Origin: an uncultured Gemmatimonadaceae bacterium
Lineage (GTDB): Bacteria; Gemmatimonadota; Gemmatimonadetes; Longimicrobiales; RSA9
Length of the DNA stretch: 64,000 nucleotides
NCBI GenBank assembly: GCA_964416095.1
Contig: CAYQCY010000004.1
Span: forward strand, 8,561-72,560
Direction of reading: 5' to 3'
This document shows, in pieces, positions 1 to 9,702 of the stretch. Position 1 is the stretch's first letter; every line of letters begins with the position of its first letter. Below the pieces are notes generated by a model. The model saw only the letters and a program-made list of their open reading frames with translations, did not search any database and was not told the origin of the DNA. A program made the position numbers and the translations under genes.

Positions 1-178
1 ATTCATGAAGCTCGATGGATCCTGCAGCGGAGGGTCTCCCCGCCCAACCGTCGCAACCGATTGAAATTTGGCCCCGTTGTCCAGTGAATGCAACGCCCGC
101 TCGCCGGATGCGTTTCACCGGGCCGGGACGCCATGGTGTCGGATACAGGCGCGCTGCACGTCTCGCGGCGGGAGCACG

Positions 179-1474
179 TCAGGTCATGGGCGGCGGCACG
201 GCGTCCGGGGCCTCTTCCTGGAGCCACGGATAGACGGGGAACGCCTCGACCATCTCGGCGATGGCCTTCCGGACACGGTCCCGAACGGTTTCGTCTTCCG
301 GCCTGTCCAGCACATCGGCCATCCAGCCGCCGATGCGCCTGAGCTCGTCCGGCCCCATGCCGCGGGTGGTGAGAGCCGCGGTGCCGATGCGGATCCCCGA
401 CGTGACGAACGGCGACCGGGTCTCCCCCGGCACCGTGTTCTTGTTCACCGTGATCCCCGCCGCTTCCAGCGCTGCCTCGGCGTCCTTGCCGGTGATGCCG
501 TCGGGGCCCAGGTCCACCAGGATCAGATGATTGTCCGTTCCGCCGCTCACCAGGTCGTAGCCTCGCTCCTGGAGCGCTTCGGCGAGGGCTACCGCGTTGG
601 CCACCACGTTCCCGGCGTACCGGCGGAACTCCGGGGTCATGGCCTCGGCGAACGCCACGGCCTTCGCGGCGATGACGTGCATGAGGGGGCCACCCTGCAT
701 GCCCGGAAAGACCTGCTTGTCCACCGCCTTGGCGTGCTCCGCCGTGGACAGGATGAACCCGCCCCGGGGCCCGCGCAGCGTCTTGTGCGTGGTGGATGTC
801 ACGACGTCGGCATGGGGCACCGGGCTCGGGTGTGCGCCGCCGGCCACCAGCCCGGCGATGTGCGCCATGTCCACGATGAGGCGCGCGTCCACCTCCCGGG
901 CGATGGAGGCGAACGCCTCGAAGTCGATGAGCCGGGGGTAGGCGCTGGCGCCCGCCACGATGACCGCCGGCCGGTGCTCCAGCGCCAGCTCATGGACATC
1001 GTCGTAGTCGAGGCGGCCCGTGTCCTCCCGCACGCCGTACGACACGACGTCGTACAGCCTGCCCGAGAAGTTGACCGGCGAGCCGTGGGTCAGGTGGCCG
1101 CCGTGGCTCAGGCTCATGCCCAGCAGGCCGTCACCGGGCTCGAGGAACGCCATATAGACGGCCATGTTCGCCGGCGCCCCGGCGTGGGGCTGGACGTTGG
1201 CATGGTCCGCGCCGAAGAGCTCCTTGCAGCGATCGATGGCCAGACGCTCCACCGCGTCGGCGTTCTCACACCCCCCGTAGTACCGCTTCCCGGGGTAGCC
1301 TTCGGCGTACTTGTTCGTCAGCACGGTCGCCGTCGCCTCCAGCACGGCCCGCGAGGTGAAGTTCTCGCTGGCGATGAGCTCGAGGGTACCGTGCTGCCGC
1401 CGCGCTTCCGCGACGGCGGCACCGTGCACGTCCGGGTCCTGCCGTCTGAGTGTGTCCAGCTCGCTCATACCCAT
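179..1474 (-). CDS. glyA: serine hydroxymethyltransferase
   Basis: Translation from MGMSELDTL... contains [11 protein letters not shown] and the [10 protein letters not shown] pyridoxal-lysine region. The start was moved in from the 547-aa ORF to ATG 1474 because the upstream part is Arg/Gly junk overlapping the neighbouring gene. Confidence 0.9.
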   Translation of the reverse strand: MGMSELDTLRRQDPDVHGAAVAEARRQHGTLELIASENFTSRAVLEATATVLTNKYAEGYPGKRYYGGCENADAVERLAIDRCKELFGADHANVQPHAGAPANMAVYMAFLEPGDGLLGMSLSHGGHLTHGSPVNFSGRLYDVVSYGVREDTGRLDYDDVHELALEHRPAVIVAGASAYPRLIDFEAFASIAREVDARLIVDMAHIAGLVAGGAHPSPVPHADVVTSTTHKTLRGPRGGFILSTAEHAKAVDKQVFPGMQGGPLMHVIAAKAVAFAEAMTPEFRRYAGNVVANAVALAEALQERGYDLVSGGTDNHLILVDLGPDGITGKDAEAALEAAGITVNKNTVPGETRSPFVTSGIRIGTAALTTRGMGPDELRRIGGWMADVLDRPEDETVRDRVRKAIAEMVEAFPVYPWLQEEAPDAVPPPMT

Positions 1475-2520
1475 GTCCGCTGTATGGCGGCGACCCGGTC
1501 GATCCGTCGCTCCGCGAGTCGGTCGGCCGCCTCGCTGGTTGGGATCCCCTGCTCCTTCGTCAGCTCGAAGAGCTGGCCCAGGGTCTCGTAGATCTCTCCC
1601 GCCTTCCGCCTGGCCCGCTCCGGCGACCACGCGTTCAGCTCGCCGTACACGTTGATCAGGCCGCCGGCGTTGATCACGTAGTCCGGCGCGTACAGGATGT
1701 CCGCCTTCTGCAGATCCTCGCCGTGGCGCCCCTCCGCGAGCTGGTTGTTCGCCGCACCGGCGATGATGTCGAACTTGAAGCGGGGGAGCGTCTCGTCGTT
1801 CACGATGGAGCCCAGGGCGCACGGCGCGAAGACCTCGGCTTGGACGTCGTAGATGGCCTCGGCGTCCACCGCCTCGGCGCCGAACTCGTCCACGACGCGC
1901 TGGACCCGCTCCTCGTCGATGTCCGTCACCACGAGCTTGGTACCCTCGCCTGCCAGGTCCTTGCAGAGGTAGTAGCCCACGTGGCCCACGCCCTGGACCG
2001 CCACCGTCAGCCCGTCGAGCGCGTCGCTGCCGTACCTCTCCCGGGCGCAGGCCTTGATGCCGCGGTACGTGCCGTACGCCGTCACCGGCGACGGGTCGCC
2101 GGACCGGCCCGCCAGGCCTGTCACGTACTCCGTCTCCATGTGCACGTAGTCCATGTCCTCCACGCTCGTGCCCACGTCCTCCGCCGTGATGTAGCGGCCC
2201 TTCAGGCTCTCCACGAACCGGCCGTGGGCCCGCATGATCATCTCGCGACGCTGCATCTTCGGGTCCCCGATGATCACCGACTTGCCACCGCCCAGGTTGA
2301 GCCCGGCCACCGCCGCCTTGTAGGTCATGCCCCGGGCCAGTCGGAGGGCATCCCGATACGCCGCCATGTCGTTGTCGTAGTTCCAGAACCGGGTGCCGCC
2401 GAGGGCGGGACCGAGTCGGGTGTTGTGTATCGCAATGATGCCGCGGTAGTTCGCCGCCGGCTCGTAGCAGAAAGCGACCTGCTCGTGCTCGTGCTCGGCC
2501 ATCAGCTCGAAGATCTCCAT
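1465..2520 (-). CDS. Leu/Val/Phe (Glu/Leu/Phe/Val family) amino-acid dehydrogenase, leucine dehydrogenase-like
   Basis: 351-aa product [15 protein letters not shown]... with [13 protein letters not shown] and a GVGHVG Rossmann motif. The start is ATG 2520, and the stop overlaps the glyA start by 10 nt. Confidence 0.85.
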   Translation of the reverse strand: MEIFELMAEHEHEQVAFCYEPAANYRGIIAIHNTRLGPALGGTRFWNYDNDMAAYRDALRLARGMTYKAAVAGLNLGGGKSVIIGDPKMQRREMIMRAHGRFVESLKGRYITAEDVGTSVEDMDYVHMETEYVTGLAGRSGDPSPVTAYGTYRGIKACARERYGSDALDGLTVAVQGVGHVGYYLCKDLAGEGTKLVVTDIDEERVQRVVDEFGAEAVDAEAIYDVQAEVFAPCALGSIVNDETLPRFKFDIIAGAANNQLAEGRHGEDLQKADILYAPDYVINAGGLINVYGELNAWSPERARRKAGEIYETLGQLFELTKEQGIPTSEAADRLAERRIDRVAAIQRTWV

Positions 2521-2558
2521 CGCTCCCTCCGTTCGACGGCGCTTTATCCCCTCCGCGC

Positions 2559-3692
2559 CTAATCCCGTTCCAGCTCCCGCGCGATCACCACGCGCTGGAT
2601 CTCGTTGGTCCCCTCGTAAATCTCCGTGGCCTTGGCGTCCCGCATCAGCTTCTCCACCGGGTAGTCCCGCATGTACCCGTAGCCACCGAAGATCTGGACG
2701 GCTTCCGTGGCGGCCGCCATGGCCGCCTCGCTGGCGAACAGCTTCGCCATGGCGGAAGCCCGCGTGCTCATCTCCGACGCCGCGTCCCGCAGCAGCGCAC
2801 GCGCCGCGGCGACCCGCGTCGCCATGTCCGCGAGCTTGAATTGCACGGCCTCGAACTCGCGGATCGGGCGACCGAACTGCTCCCGGTCGCCCGCGTACCG
2901 CAGGGCATGGTCCAGTGCCGCCTGGCCGATGCCCACGGCCTGCGCCGCGATCCCCAACCGGCCCACGTCCAGCCCTTCCATGGCGAGACGGAACCCGGCG
3001 CCCTCGTCGCCCAGCAGGGCGTCCGACCCGACCCGCACGCCGGCCAGGCGCACGGTCACGACCTCGATGGGGCGGAGCCCCATCGTCTCCTCCCTGCGGA
3101 CGACATCGTACCCGTCCGCGTCGGTGGGCACCAGGAACGCGCTGAGCCCCGGCGCACCCTCCGCCTCCGGGTCCGTCCGGGCGATGACCAGGGCCAGGCC
3201 GGCGACACGGCCGTTGGTCACCCACTTCTTCTCGCCGGTCAGCACCCAGCCATCCCCGTCCCGCTCCGCCCGCGTGGCCACGGCCCCCGCGTCCGAGCCG
3301 GCGTCCGCTTCGGACAGGGCGAAGCACGCCACGGTGTCGCCCGCCGCCAGCGGTTCCAGCCACCGCTCCTTCTGGGCATCGGTCCCGTACCGCCCCAGGA
3401 GCGAGCACGCGAACGCGCTGTGGATGGACAGCGTCAGGGTCACCGCCGGCTCGCCCCACGCCAGCTCCTCCAGCGCCGCCACGTAGACGGGCAGGTCGAA
3501 GCCCATCCCGCCGTGCGCCTCCGGCACCAGCATGCCGAAGAAGCCCAGCTCCGCCAGTTGCTCCAGCACCCCGTCGCCCAGGGCCCGCTCCCGGTCCCAC
3601 GCCTCCACGTGGGGCCGCAGCTCGGCCTCGGCGAACTGGCGGGCGAGCTCGCGAATGCTCCGTAACTCGACGGCTTCTGTCATATCCGCCAC
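2559..3692 (-). CDS. acyl-CoA dehydrogenase
   Basis: Full 377-aa ORF. Typical ACAD features are present ([19 protein letters not shown]-terminal [10 protein letters not shown]). Confidence 0.9.
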   Translation of the reverse strand: MADMTEAVELRSIRELARQFAEAELRPHVEAWDRERALGDGVLEQLAELGFFGMLVPEAHGGMGFDLPVYVAALEELAWGEPAVTLTLSIHSAFACSLLGRYGTDAQKERWLEPLAAGDTVACFALSEADAGSDAGAVATRAERDGDGWVLTGEKKWVTNGRVAGLALVIARTDPEAEGAPGLSAFLVPTDADGYDVVRREETMGLRPIEVVTVRLAGVRVGSDALLGDEGAGFRLAMEGLDVGRLGIAAQAVGIGQAALDHALRYAGDREQFGRPIREFEAVQFKLADMATRVAAARALLRDAASEMSTRASAMAKLFASEAAMAAATEAVQIFGGYGYMRDYPVEKLMRDAKATEIYEGTNEIQRVVIARELERD

Positions 3693-3760
3693 ATCATCCC
3701 GTTCGATCCTTTCGAGGTCGAGCTCGAAAAGCCTCTGCTACATCCCGTCCCGAAACACGG

Positions 3761-4612
3761 TCACTCCGAATAGTCGTAGAACCCGCGCCCGCTCTTCCGG
3801 CCCAGCCAGCCCGCGTCCACGTGCTTGCGCAGCAGCGGACAGGGCCGGTACCGGTCGTCGCCCAGGTCCCGGTGCAGCACCTCCAGGATGAAGAGGCAGG
3901 TGTCCAGCCCGATGAGGTCGGCCAGGGCCAGCGGGCCCATGGGGTGGTTCATGCCCAGCTTCATGACCTGGTCGATGGCCTCCGCCTCGGCGACGCCCTC
4001 CATGAGGGCGTACACGGCCTCGTTGATCATGGGCATGAGGACCCGGTTCGACACGAAGCCCGGGAAGTCGTTCACCTCCACGGGCGTCTTCTCCACGCGC
4101 TTCACCAGCTCGACGGTCCGGGTCGTGGTGTCGTCGTCGGTCTGGAGCCCGCGGATCACCTCCACGAGCTGCATGACGGGCACCGGGTTCATGAAGTGCA
4201 TCCCGATGACCCGCTCAGGCCGGTCCGTGCCGCCGGCGAGCTTCGTGATGGAGATGGAAGAGGTGTTGGACGCCAGGATGGCGTCCTCCGGCGCCACCGC
4301 CTGCATCTCGGCGAAGACCTTGGTCTTGAGCTCCAGGTTCTCGGGCACCGCCTCCACGACGAGGGCCGCTCCGGCCGCGTCGCCCATGGACGACGTCGTC
4401 GTGATGCGCCCGAGGGTGGCTTCCTTCACCTCCTCGGTGATGACCTCCTTCTTGACCTGCCGGGCAAGGTTCTTGTCGATGGTCTTCAGGGCACGCTCGA
4501 GCTGGTCCGCATCCACGTCGACGAGCGTGACCTCGTGATCATGCTGGGCGAAGACGTGGGCGATCCCGTTGCCCATGGTCCCCGCACCCACGACCGCAAT
4601 TCGATCTGCCAT
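3761..4612 (-). CDS. hbd: 3-hydroxybutyryl-CoA dehydrogenase
   Basis: 283-aa product [20 protein letters not shown]... (NAD Rossmann) with NTSSISIT and [13 protein letters not shown] motifs. The start was trimmed to ATG 4612. Confidence 0.85.
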   Translation of the reverse strand: MADRIAVVGAGTMGNGIAHVFAQHDHEVTLVDVDADQLERALKTIDKNLARQVKKEVITEEVKEATLGRITTTSSMGDAAGAALVVEAVPENLELKTKVFAEMQAVAPEDAILASNTSSISITKLAGGTDRPERVIGMHFMNPVPVMQLVEVIRGLQTDDDTTTRTVELVKRVEKTPVEVNDFPGFVSNRVLMPMINEAVYALMEGVAEAEAIDQVMKLGMNHPMGPLALADLIGLDTCLFILEVLHRDLGDDRYRPCPLLRKHVDAGWLGRKSGRGFYDYSE

Positions 4613-4623
4613 TCCGACCTCCG

Positions 4624-5562
4624 TTACGTAGTCCGGATTCGCGCCGCGCTCTCGCGACGCGTCCACCACCAGACCAGGCCGGCCGCCACCACGAAACCCA
4701 GCGTCCCCAGCGCGCCGCCCTCGGGGCCGAACGCGCCGCCCGTGAGCCATTCCGGTCCGCTCGCCACCGTGTCGTAAAGCGGTGCGTCGAACGCCCTGAG
4801 CCCGCTCACGGGCAGGTCCAATGGCAACGCCACCGTCCAGTTCCAGCCCAGGTGCACGCCGCTGACGAACCAGAGACTGCCCGTGCGCAGGTACGCCATG
4901 CACAGCATCACGCCCGCCAGGAAGATGTTGACCACCGCCAGCAACCGCATCTCCGGGTTTGCGACATGCGCCGCCGCGAAGGCGGCGCTGAACACCACCG
5001 TCCCCGCGACGGGCCCCACGGACTCCACCAGCGCCTGGAACGGGTAGCCCCGGAAGAGCGCCTCTTCCGCGGCGGCCGGCAGCGCCAGCACGGCGGCGCC
5101 CGCCAGCAGCGTTCCCAGGTAGCCCGCCATGGAGCCGTCGGCGGCGGCGAGCCGGTACCCGCCCAGGACGAGCCCGACGCCCAGCACCGTGACCATGGCC
5201 AGCGTACCGATGGCCAGGCCTGCGAGCACCTGGCGCACGGCGCCTGCCCCCAGGCCGAACCCCAGCGACGCCACCGCCCGCTGATCCACCCAGCGCAGGA
5301 GCGCCGCCCCGGCGGCCACCGCCGCCGTGAGCATGATGGCGCCCTGCCAGGCGAGCTGTCCCGCCAGGCCGCCGGGCATGGGCACGACCCAGCCCAGCAG
5401 CCAGGTCAGCGGCAGGAACAGCGCCCCGAACAGCAGGATCCGCCAGAAACCCCTGAGCCGTCCATCCCGAACGAGGAGCGACGGCCGACCCGAACCCGAG
5501 TTCACAAAAAGCCCCCGGACTACGCCAGTCCGGGGGAGATGGACCTGATTGGCCCGGTCCAT
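4624..5562 (-). CDS. CPBP (CAAX/Abi) family intramembrane metalloprotease
   Basis: Polytopic membrane protein with EEALFRGY (EExxxR) and FAAAH (FxxxH) motifs. The start at ATG 5562 is tentative; the rest of the 598-aa ORF overlaps the thiolase gene and is junk. Confidence 0.7.
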   Translation of the reverse strand: MDRANQVHLPRTGVVRGLFVNSGSGRPSLLVRDGRLRGFWRILLFGALFLPLTWLLGWVVPMPGGLAGQLAWQGAIMLTAAVAAGAALLRWVDQRAVASLGFGLGAGAVRQVLAGLAIGTLAMVTVLGVGLVLGGYRLAAADGSMAGYLGTLLAGAAVLALPAAAEEALFRGYPFQALVESVGPVAGTVVFSAAFAAAHVANPEMRLLAVVNIFLAGVMLCMAYLRTGSLWFVSGVHLGWNWTVALPLDLPVSGLRAFDAPLYDTVASGPEWLTGGAFGPEGGALGTLGFVVAAGLVWWWTRRESAARIRTT

Positions 5563-5663
5563 ACGGCGACGAGGAGGAGCACGGGAAGCGACCACGCCGA
5601 CCGCGCGGCCCGTACCGTGCCTCCGGCGGCGGGGTCCTGCCCCGCCCACGCCGCAGCGCTCAT

Positions 5664-6875
5664 TCAGTCCTTCTCCACCGAGAGGGCGACGGCATCGCCA
5701 CCGCCCAGGCAGAGCGTGGCGAGGCCCGTCGAGGCCTGCCGGTCCTCCATGGCGTGGAGCAGCGTCACCAGGACCCGGGCCCCGGACGCGCCGATGGGGT
5801 GGCCGAGCGCCACCGCGCCACCATGCACGTTGACCCGGTCCCAGTCCCAACCCAGCTCCCTGCCATCCGCCAGCGCCTGGACGGCGAAGGCCTCGTTGGC
5901 CTCGATGAGATCGTAGTCGTCGATGCTCCGGCCTTCCTTCTCCATGACGTTCCGCACGGCCTGCACCGGCGCGAAGAACAGCTCCTTCGGCGCCACCGCG
6001 CCGTTGGCGTAGGCCGAGACCCGGGCCATGACCTCCAGGCCGTGAGCCTCCGCGTAGGCCTGGCTCGTCACGATCAGGGCCGCCGCACCGTCGTTCAGAC
6101 CCGGCGCGTTCCCCGCCGTGACCACCGGGTCCGTGACCTCTTCCGGCATGTCCCGGGTGAAGGCCGGCCGCAGCTTGCCCAGCGCCTCCAACGACGTGTC
6201 CGCCCGCGGCGGCTCGTCCGTGTCCACCACCGTCGTGCCCTTCCGGCCTTCGATCTCCACCGGCACGATCTCGTCCGCGAACTTGCCACCCTCGATAGCC
6301 GCCACCGCCTTCTGGTGCGACCGCAGGGCGAACTCGTCCGCATCCTCCCGGCTGATCTCCGCCTTCATGGCCGTGTACTCCGCGTGGCCGCCCATGTGAC
6401 ACTGGCCGAACGCGCACCACAGCCCGTCGTGGATCAGGCCGTCCACCAGCTCCCGGGTCCCGAACTTGACGCCCTCACGGTAGCCGAACAGGTAGTACGG
6501 CGCGGCGGACATGGACTCCATGCCTCCGGTCACGAACACCTGACCGTCACCGGCCTTGATGGCCTGCGCCGCGAGCATGACCGCCATGAGGCCCGAGCCG
6601 CAGACCCGGTTCACCGCCATGGCGCCCACGTTGTCCGGCACACCCCCGTTCAGGGCCGCCTGACGCGCCGGCGCCTGCCCCAACCCGCCCGACACGACGT
6701 TCCCCAGGATCACGTCGTCGATGTCGGCGGGGTCGATACCGGAGCGCTCCAGCGCCGCCCGGATCACGATGGCGCCGAGCTGCGGCGCCGACAGCGGGCT
6801 GAGCCCGCCCAGGAACCGACCCATCGGGGTCCGGGCCGTCCCCACGATAACCGGAACTCGTTGCGTATCCGTCAT
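5664..6875 (-). CDS. acetyl-CoA C-acetyltransferase (thiolase)
   Basis: Full 403-aa ORF with the NRVCGSG active-site Cys region, NVHGGAVALGHPIGASG and [17 protein letters not shown] lies upstream of the ATG. Confidence 0.9.
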   Translation of the reverse strand: MTDTQRVPVIVGTARTPMGRFLGGLSPLSAPQLGAIVIRAALERSGIDPADIDDVILGNVVSGGLGQAPARQAALNGGVPDNVGAMAVNRVCGSGLMAVMLAAQAIKAGDGQVFVTGGMESMSAAPYYLFGYREGVKFGTRELVDGLIHDGLWCAFGQCHMGGHAEYTAMKAEISREDADEFALRSHQKAVAAIEGGKFADEIVPVEIEGRKGTTVVDTDEPPRADTSLEALGKLRPAFTRDMPEEVTDPVVTAGNAPGLNDGAAALIVTSQAYAEAHGLEVMARVSAYANGAVAPKELFFAPVQAVRNVMEKEGRSIDDYDLIEANEAFAVQALADGRELGWDWDRVNVHGGAVALGHPIGASGARVLVTLLHAMEDRQASTGLATLCLGGGDAVALSVEKD

Positions 6876-6950
6876 ATGTTCCTCCCTGACCGGCCGTCCC
6901 GTTGCAGGGCGTTCAAGATACCCGGCGCACGGGGGAGGGGCCAGTCCAGA

Positions 6951-7832
6951 TCAGGTGTTTTCGTCCAGGGTGAATCGCTCTTGGTCCCTGACAAGACGTC
7001 CCCAGGGCGTGAGGGGATCGTGCTCGAAGATCAGTAGCCATTCCTCCTCTCGCGCGGTTCCGAGTAGCTCCCGCTTGGATTCCAGGGTGACGAGGGGCTC
7101 CACGTCGTACCCCATGATCCACGGCAGGGGCAGGTGGGCGGTGGTGGGAACGAGGTCGGCCAGGAAGCAGGCCGTCTCGCCCGCGCTCTCCACGACCACG
7201 GACTGGTGATGCGGCGTGTGTCCCGGCGTGGGGACCACGCGGATGCCCGGCAGGACCTCCGTCGGGCCGTCCGCGAGCGTCCACAGTCCGGCCTCCTGGA
7301 CCGGATCGATGTTGCGGAGCTGGTAGCTGGCCCGGATCCGCTCGTTCCGGAGGTGCGCGAACTCGAACTCGCCGTGCTGCACGTGGTAGCGCGCCCGTGG
7401 GAACGACGGTCGGACCTCGTCCCCGACCCGGACCGTGTTCCCGCCGGCGTGGTCGAAATGGAGGTGCGTCGAGATCACGACGTCCACGTCCGCCGGCTCG
7501 TGGCCCGCGTCCCGGATGGCGTCCTCCAGGCGGGTGGGCGAGCCTTCGTTGTCGATGCCGTAGATCTCACGGAATTTCTCGTCTTCCTTGTTCCCGACGC
7601 CGGTATCGACGAGGATCAGGGCGTCGGGGTGCTCCACGAGGAGACAGCGCAGGGCCAGGGGGATCCGGTTCCGGTCGTCGGGCTCGATACGGCGCTGCCA
7701 GAGCGGCTTCGGCACGACCCCGAACATGGCGCCACCGTCCAGCCACTGGAGGCCCGCCTCGAGGGTGTGGATGCGCAGATCGCCCAGCGTGCGGCTTCGG
7801 CTCAAGGGCAGATCTTCGGCTCTCAGTCTCAT
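6951..7832 (-). CDS. MBL-fold metallo-hydrolase
   Basis: 293-aa product from MRLRAEDL... with the STHLHFDHAGG (HxHxDH) motif. A purine-rich GGAGAGGGAAGGGG lies directly upstream of ATG 7832. Confidence 0.8.
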   Translation of the reverse strand: MRLRAEDLPLSRSRTLGDLRIHTLEAGLQWLDGGAMFGVVPKPLWQRRIEPDDRNRIPLALRCLLVEHPDALILVDTGVGNKEDEKFREIYGIDNEGSPTRLEDAIRDAGHEPADVDVVISTHLHFDHAGGNTVRVGDEVRPSFPRARYHVQHGEFEFAHLRNERIRASYQLRNIDPVQEAGLWTLADGPTEVLPGIRVVPTPGHTPHHQSVVVESAGETACFLADLVPTTAHLPLPWIMGYDVEPLVTLESKRELLGTAREEEWLLIFEHDPLTPWGRLVRDQERFTLDENT

Positions 7833-7860
7833 CCCCTTCCCTCTCCGGTCTACGACCCCA

Positions 7861-8111
7861 TCAGGCCCACTCCGGCCAGTCCATGGACCGGGGCAGCGCG
7901 CTGCGCCGGGGCCGCTCCTTCCGCCGTGCAAGGAAGGTCTCCAGCTCGCTCCAGGTCCAGAGGTCGCTGGACTCGGGCGGTACGCCGCCACCTCCGTCAC
8001 CCGGTGGCCGCGGCCCGCCGACCCGCCGGTCGTCTCCACATCGACCACCGCGTACCGGAGCTCGTCCAGGGCGACGTCCTCGCCGCGCTCCGACACCGGC
8101 GCCGGGTTCAC
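7861..8111 (-). pseudogene. decayed DnaQ-like 3'-5' exonuclease remnant
   Basis: GTG 8111 overlaps the rex stop (GTGA). It opens a frame reading ...LRYAVVDVETTGGSAGRGHRVTEVAA, an ExoI-type D-x-E-T-T-G motif. Homology is lost after ~45 aa. A second frame reads VPPESS...WSELETFLARR and stops at 7861. No intact exonuclease domain remains. Confidence 0.4.
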
Positions 8112-8779
8112 CCGCCTCCTCCCGGCGACCCGCCTTCTCCGCCACCGTTGCCCGAGCCACCGCGCTGGCTCAACGCGTACGACAGCCCCTCCATCTCCAC
8201 CGTCATGTCCACGTGCTTCACCGCCACGCCCGGCGGCACATCGAGCTGCGTCGGCGCGAAGTTCAGGATGCCCTGCACCCCCGCGCCCACCACCCGGTCC
8301 ACCACCGCCTGCGCCGACGACGCCGGCACCGCCACCACCGCGATCTCGATCTCCCGCTCCCGCAGCACCCCTTCCATCACCGCATCCGGCTCCACCACCA
8401 CGTTCTCCCACCGCTGACCCACCTTGCGCGGGTCGCTGTCGAAGACCGCCTCGATGTGGAAGCCCTGCTCCCGGAACTCCTCGTAACCGAACAGCGCCGC
8501 CCCGATCCGCCCCGCACCCACCACCGCCACACGCCACGCACGCTCCAGCCCCAGGATCCCGCGCAGCCGCGACTCCAGGTCCGCGACCCCGTAGCCCAGA
8601 CCCCGCTTCCCGAACGTGCCGAACAGCGACAGGTCCTTCCGGACCTGCGCCGCCGTCGTGCCGGCTCGCGCCGCGAGCTGGTCGCTCGACACCGTCTCCA
8701 CGCCCTCGCGCGCCAGCTCGCCGAGCAGCCTCAGATACACGGACAAGCGCCCGATCGTAGGCTCGGACACCTTCTTCAT
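8108..8779 (-). CDS. rex: redox-sensing transcriptional repressor Rex
   Basis: 223-aa product MKKVSEPTIGRLSVYLRLL... with a winged-helix N-terminus and VAVVGAGRIGAAL Rossmann fold. It also has an unusual Gly-rich C-terminal tail (GGSGNGGGEGGSPGGGG). Confidence 0.9.
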   Translation of the reverse strand: MKKVSEPTIGRLSVYLRLLGELAREGVETVSSDQLAARAGTTAAQVRKDLSLFGTFGKRGLGYGVADLESRLRGILGLERAWRVAVVGAGRIGAALFGYEEFREQGFHIEAVFDSDPRKVGQRWENVVVEPDAVMEGVLREREIEIAVVAVPASSAQAVVDRVVGAGVQGILNFAPTQLDVPPGVAVKHVDMTVEMEGLSYALSQRGGSGNGGGEGGSPGGGG

Positions 8780-8805
8780 CAGCCTGGTTCCAGCCGGGTG
8801 GGACT

Positions 8806-8823
8806 TTGTGAAACTCTTCACAA
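8806..8823 (-). promoter_or_regulatory. Rex operator (ROP box)
   Basis: The sequence TTGTGAAACTCTTCACAA matches the Rex consensus TTGTGAA-N4-TTCACAA exactly. It lies 27-44 nt upstream of the rex ATG. Confidence 0.75.
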
Positions 8824-8826
8824 ACG

Positions 8827-8855
8827 AACCTACGTGGCAGGTTCGGGTCGGGCAA
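8827..8855 (-). promoter_or_regulatory. candidate sigma70-type promoter of rex
   Basis: On the minus strand: TTGCCC (8855..8850), 17 nt, TAGGTT (8832..8827). The Rex box starts 3 nt downstream of the -10. Confidence 0.35.
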
Positions 8856-8889
8856 GATCGGGGCGCGCCGGAGCCGGTTGCCCGCATGC

Positions 8890-9699
8890 TCAGGCCGGTT
8901 CCGGGCGTTCCAGCGCCCGGGCCAGGTCGATGAACTCGTCGGGGCCGAGGGTCTCGGGCCGGGCGGTGAGGTCCAGGCCGGTGGTGCGCTCCAGGGACGC
9001 GATGTCTGCCGCGTCCAGGTCGTACTCCGGGGCGGTGCGAAGGATCTTCTGGAGCTGCTTCCGGCGCTGGCCGAAGGCGACGCGGGTCAGGGCACGGACA
9101 TCGTCGTGCTGCGCGGCGGTGAGGCGGGGCGGCCGGAAGGGCTCGAGGCAGATCACGGAGGACGCCACGTCGGGGACGGGTCGGAAGGCGCTCCTGGAAA
9201 CGTTGAAGAGCCGTTCGACCCGGGCGCTGGTGCGGACCCCGACACTGAGGGCGCCGTAGGTCTTGTTCCCGGGCGGCGCCACGATGCGGTCGGCGACCTC
9301 CTTCTGGACCATGAGGACGATGCGCGCCGGCAAGGGGCTCTGGTCCAGCAGGTGAAAGAGGAGGGGGGTCGTGATGTTGTACGGGATGTTGCCGACGACG
9401 CGGAGCCGTTCCGGCTCGGTGTCGAGGGTGGCGAAGTCGAGGGCGAGGGCATCGGCGTGGCGGATCTCCACGTCGTTCCGCTGGGCGTAGCGGTCCTGGA
9501 GAGCCCGGGCCAGGTCGTCGTCCAGCTCTACGGCGATGAGCCGGCGGACGGAGCCGGCGAGGTGGTGGGTGAGGGCGCCCCGGCCCGGGCCGATCTCCAC
9601 GACGACGTCGTCGGGCCCGGCTCCGACGGCGTCCACGATCTTGCGCTGGGTGTTGGGATCGACGAGGAAGTTCTGTCCGAGGGAGCGTTTGGGGCGCAC
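8890..9699 (-). CDS. rsmA: 16S rRNA (adenine1518/1519-N6)-dimethyltransferase
   Basis: Full 269-aa ORF with SLGQNFLVD and VVEIGPGRGALT motifs. Confidence 0.9.
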   Translation of the reverse strand: MRPKRSLGQNFLVDPNTQRKIVDAVGAGPDDVVVEIGPGRGALTHHLAGSVRRLIAVELDDDLARALQDRYAQRNDVEIRHADALALDFATLDTEPERLRVVGNIPYNITTPLLFHLLDQSPLPARIVLMVQKEVADRIVAPPGNKTYGALSVGVRTSARVERLFNVSRSAFRPVPDVASSVICLEPFRPPRLTAAQHDDVRALTRVAFGQRRKQLQKILRTAPEYDLDAADIASLERTTGLDLTARPETLGPDEFIDLARALERPEPA

Positions 9700-9702
9700 G
9701 GC

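Noticed and set aside
1-178. Short ORFs (3..227 -, 15..233 +, 68..1591 +) and a possible promoter or tRNA in the region downstream of glyA.
   Set aside because: The translations are junk. I could find no tRNA-like T-loop or cloverleaf and no convincing terminator. The region is too close to the window edge to interpret.
3693-3760. Inverted repeat TTCGAG-gtcgag-CTCGAA between acd and hbd, considered as a possible terminator.
   Set aside because: The stem is short (6 bp), AT/GC-mixed and has no adjacent U-run on the coding (minus) strand. It is not distinguishable from chance.
5497-5508. GTTCACAAAAAG, a Rex half-site-like sequence.
   Set aside because: Only one arm is present, with no TTGTGAA partner at 4-nt spacing. 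It lies inside the N-terminal coding region of the CPBP gene.
4624-6420. Upstream extensions of the real genes. The 598-aa ORF version of the CPBP gene is one; the same applies to the 711-aa (1465..3600), 634-aa (6951..8855), 605-aa (8108..9925), 679-aa (26603..28642), 614-aa (29304..31148), 497-aa (33899..35392), 475-aa (49493..50920) and 625-aa (61455..63332) ORFs.
   Set aside because: The extended N-terminal parts overlap the neighbouring upstream genes and are Arg/Gly/Pro-rich with no homology. Recognisable domains begin at internal ATG/GTG codons close to the upstream stop.
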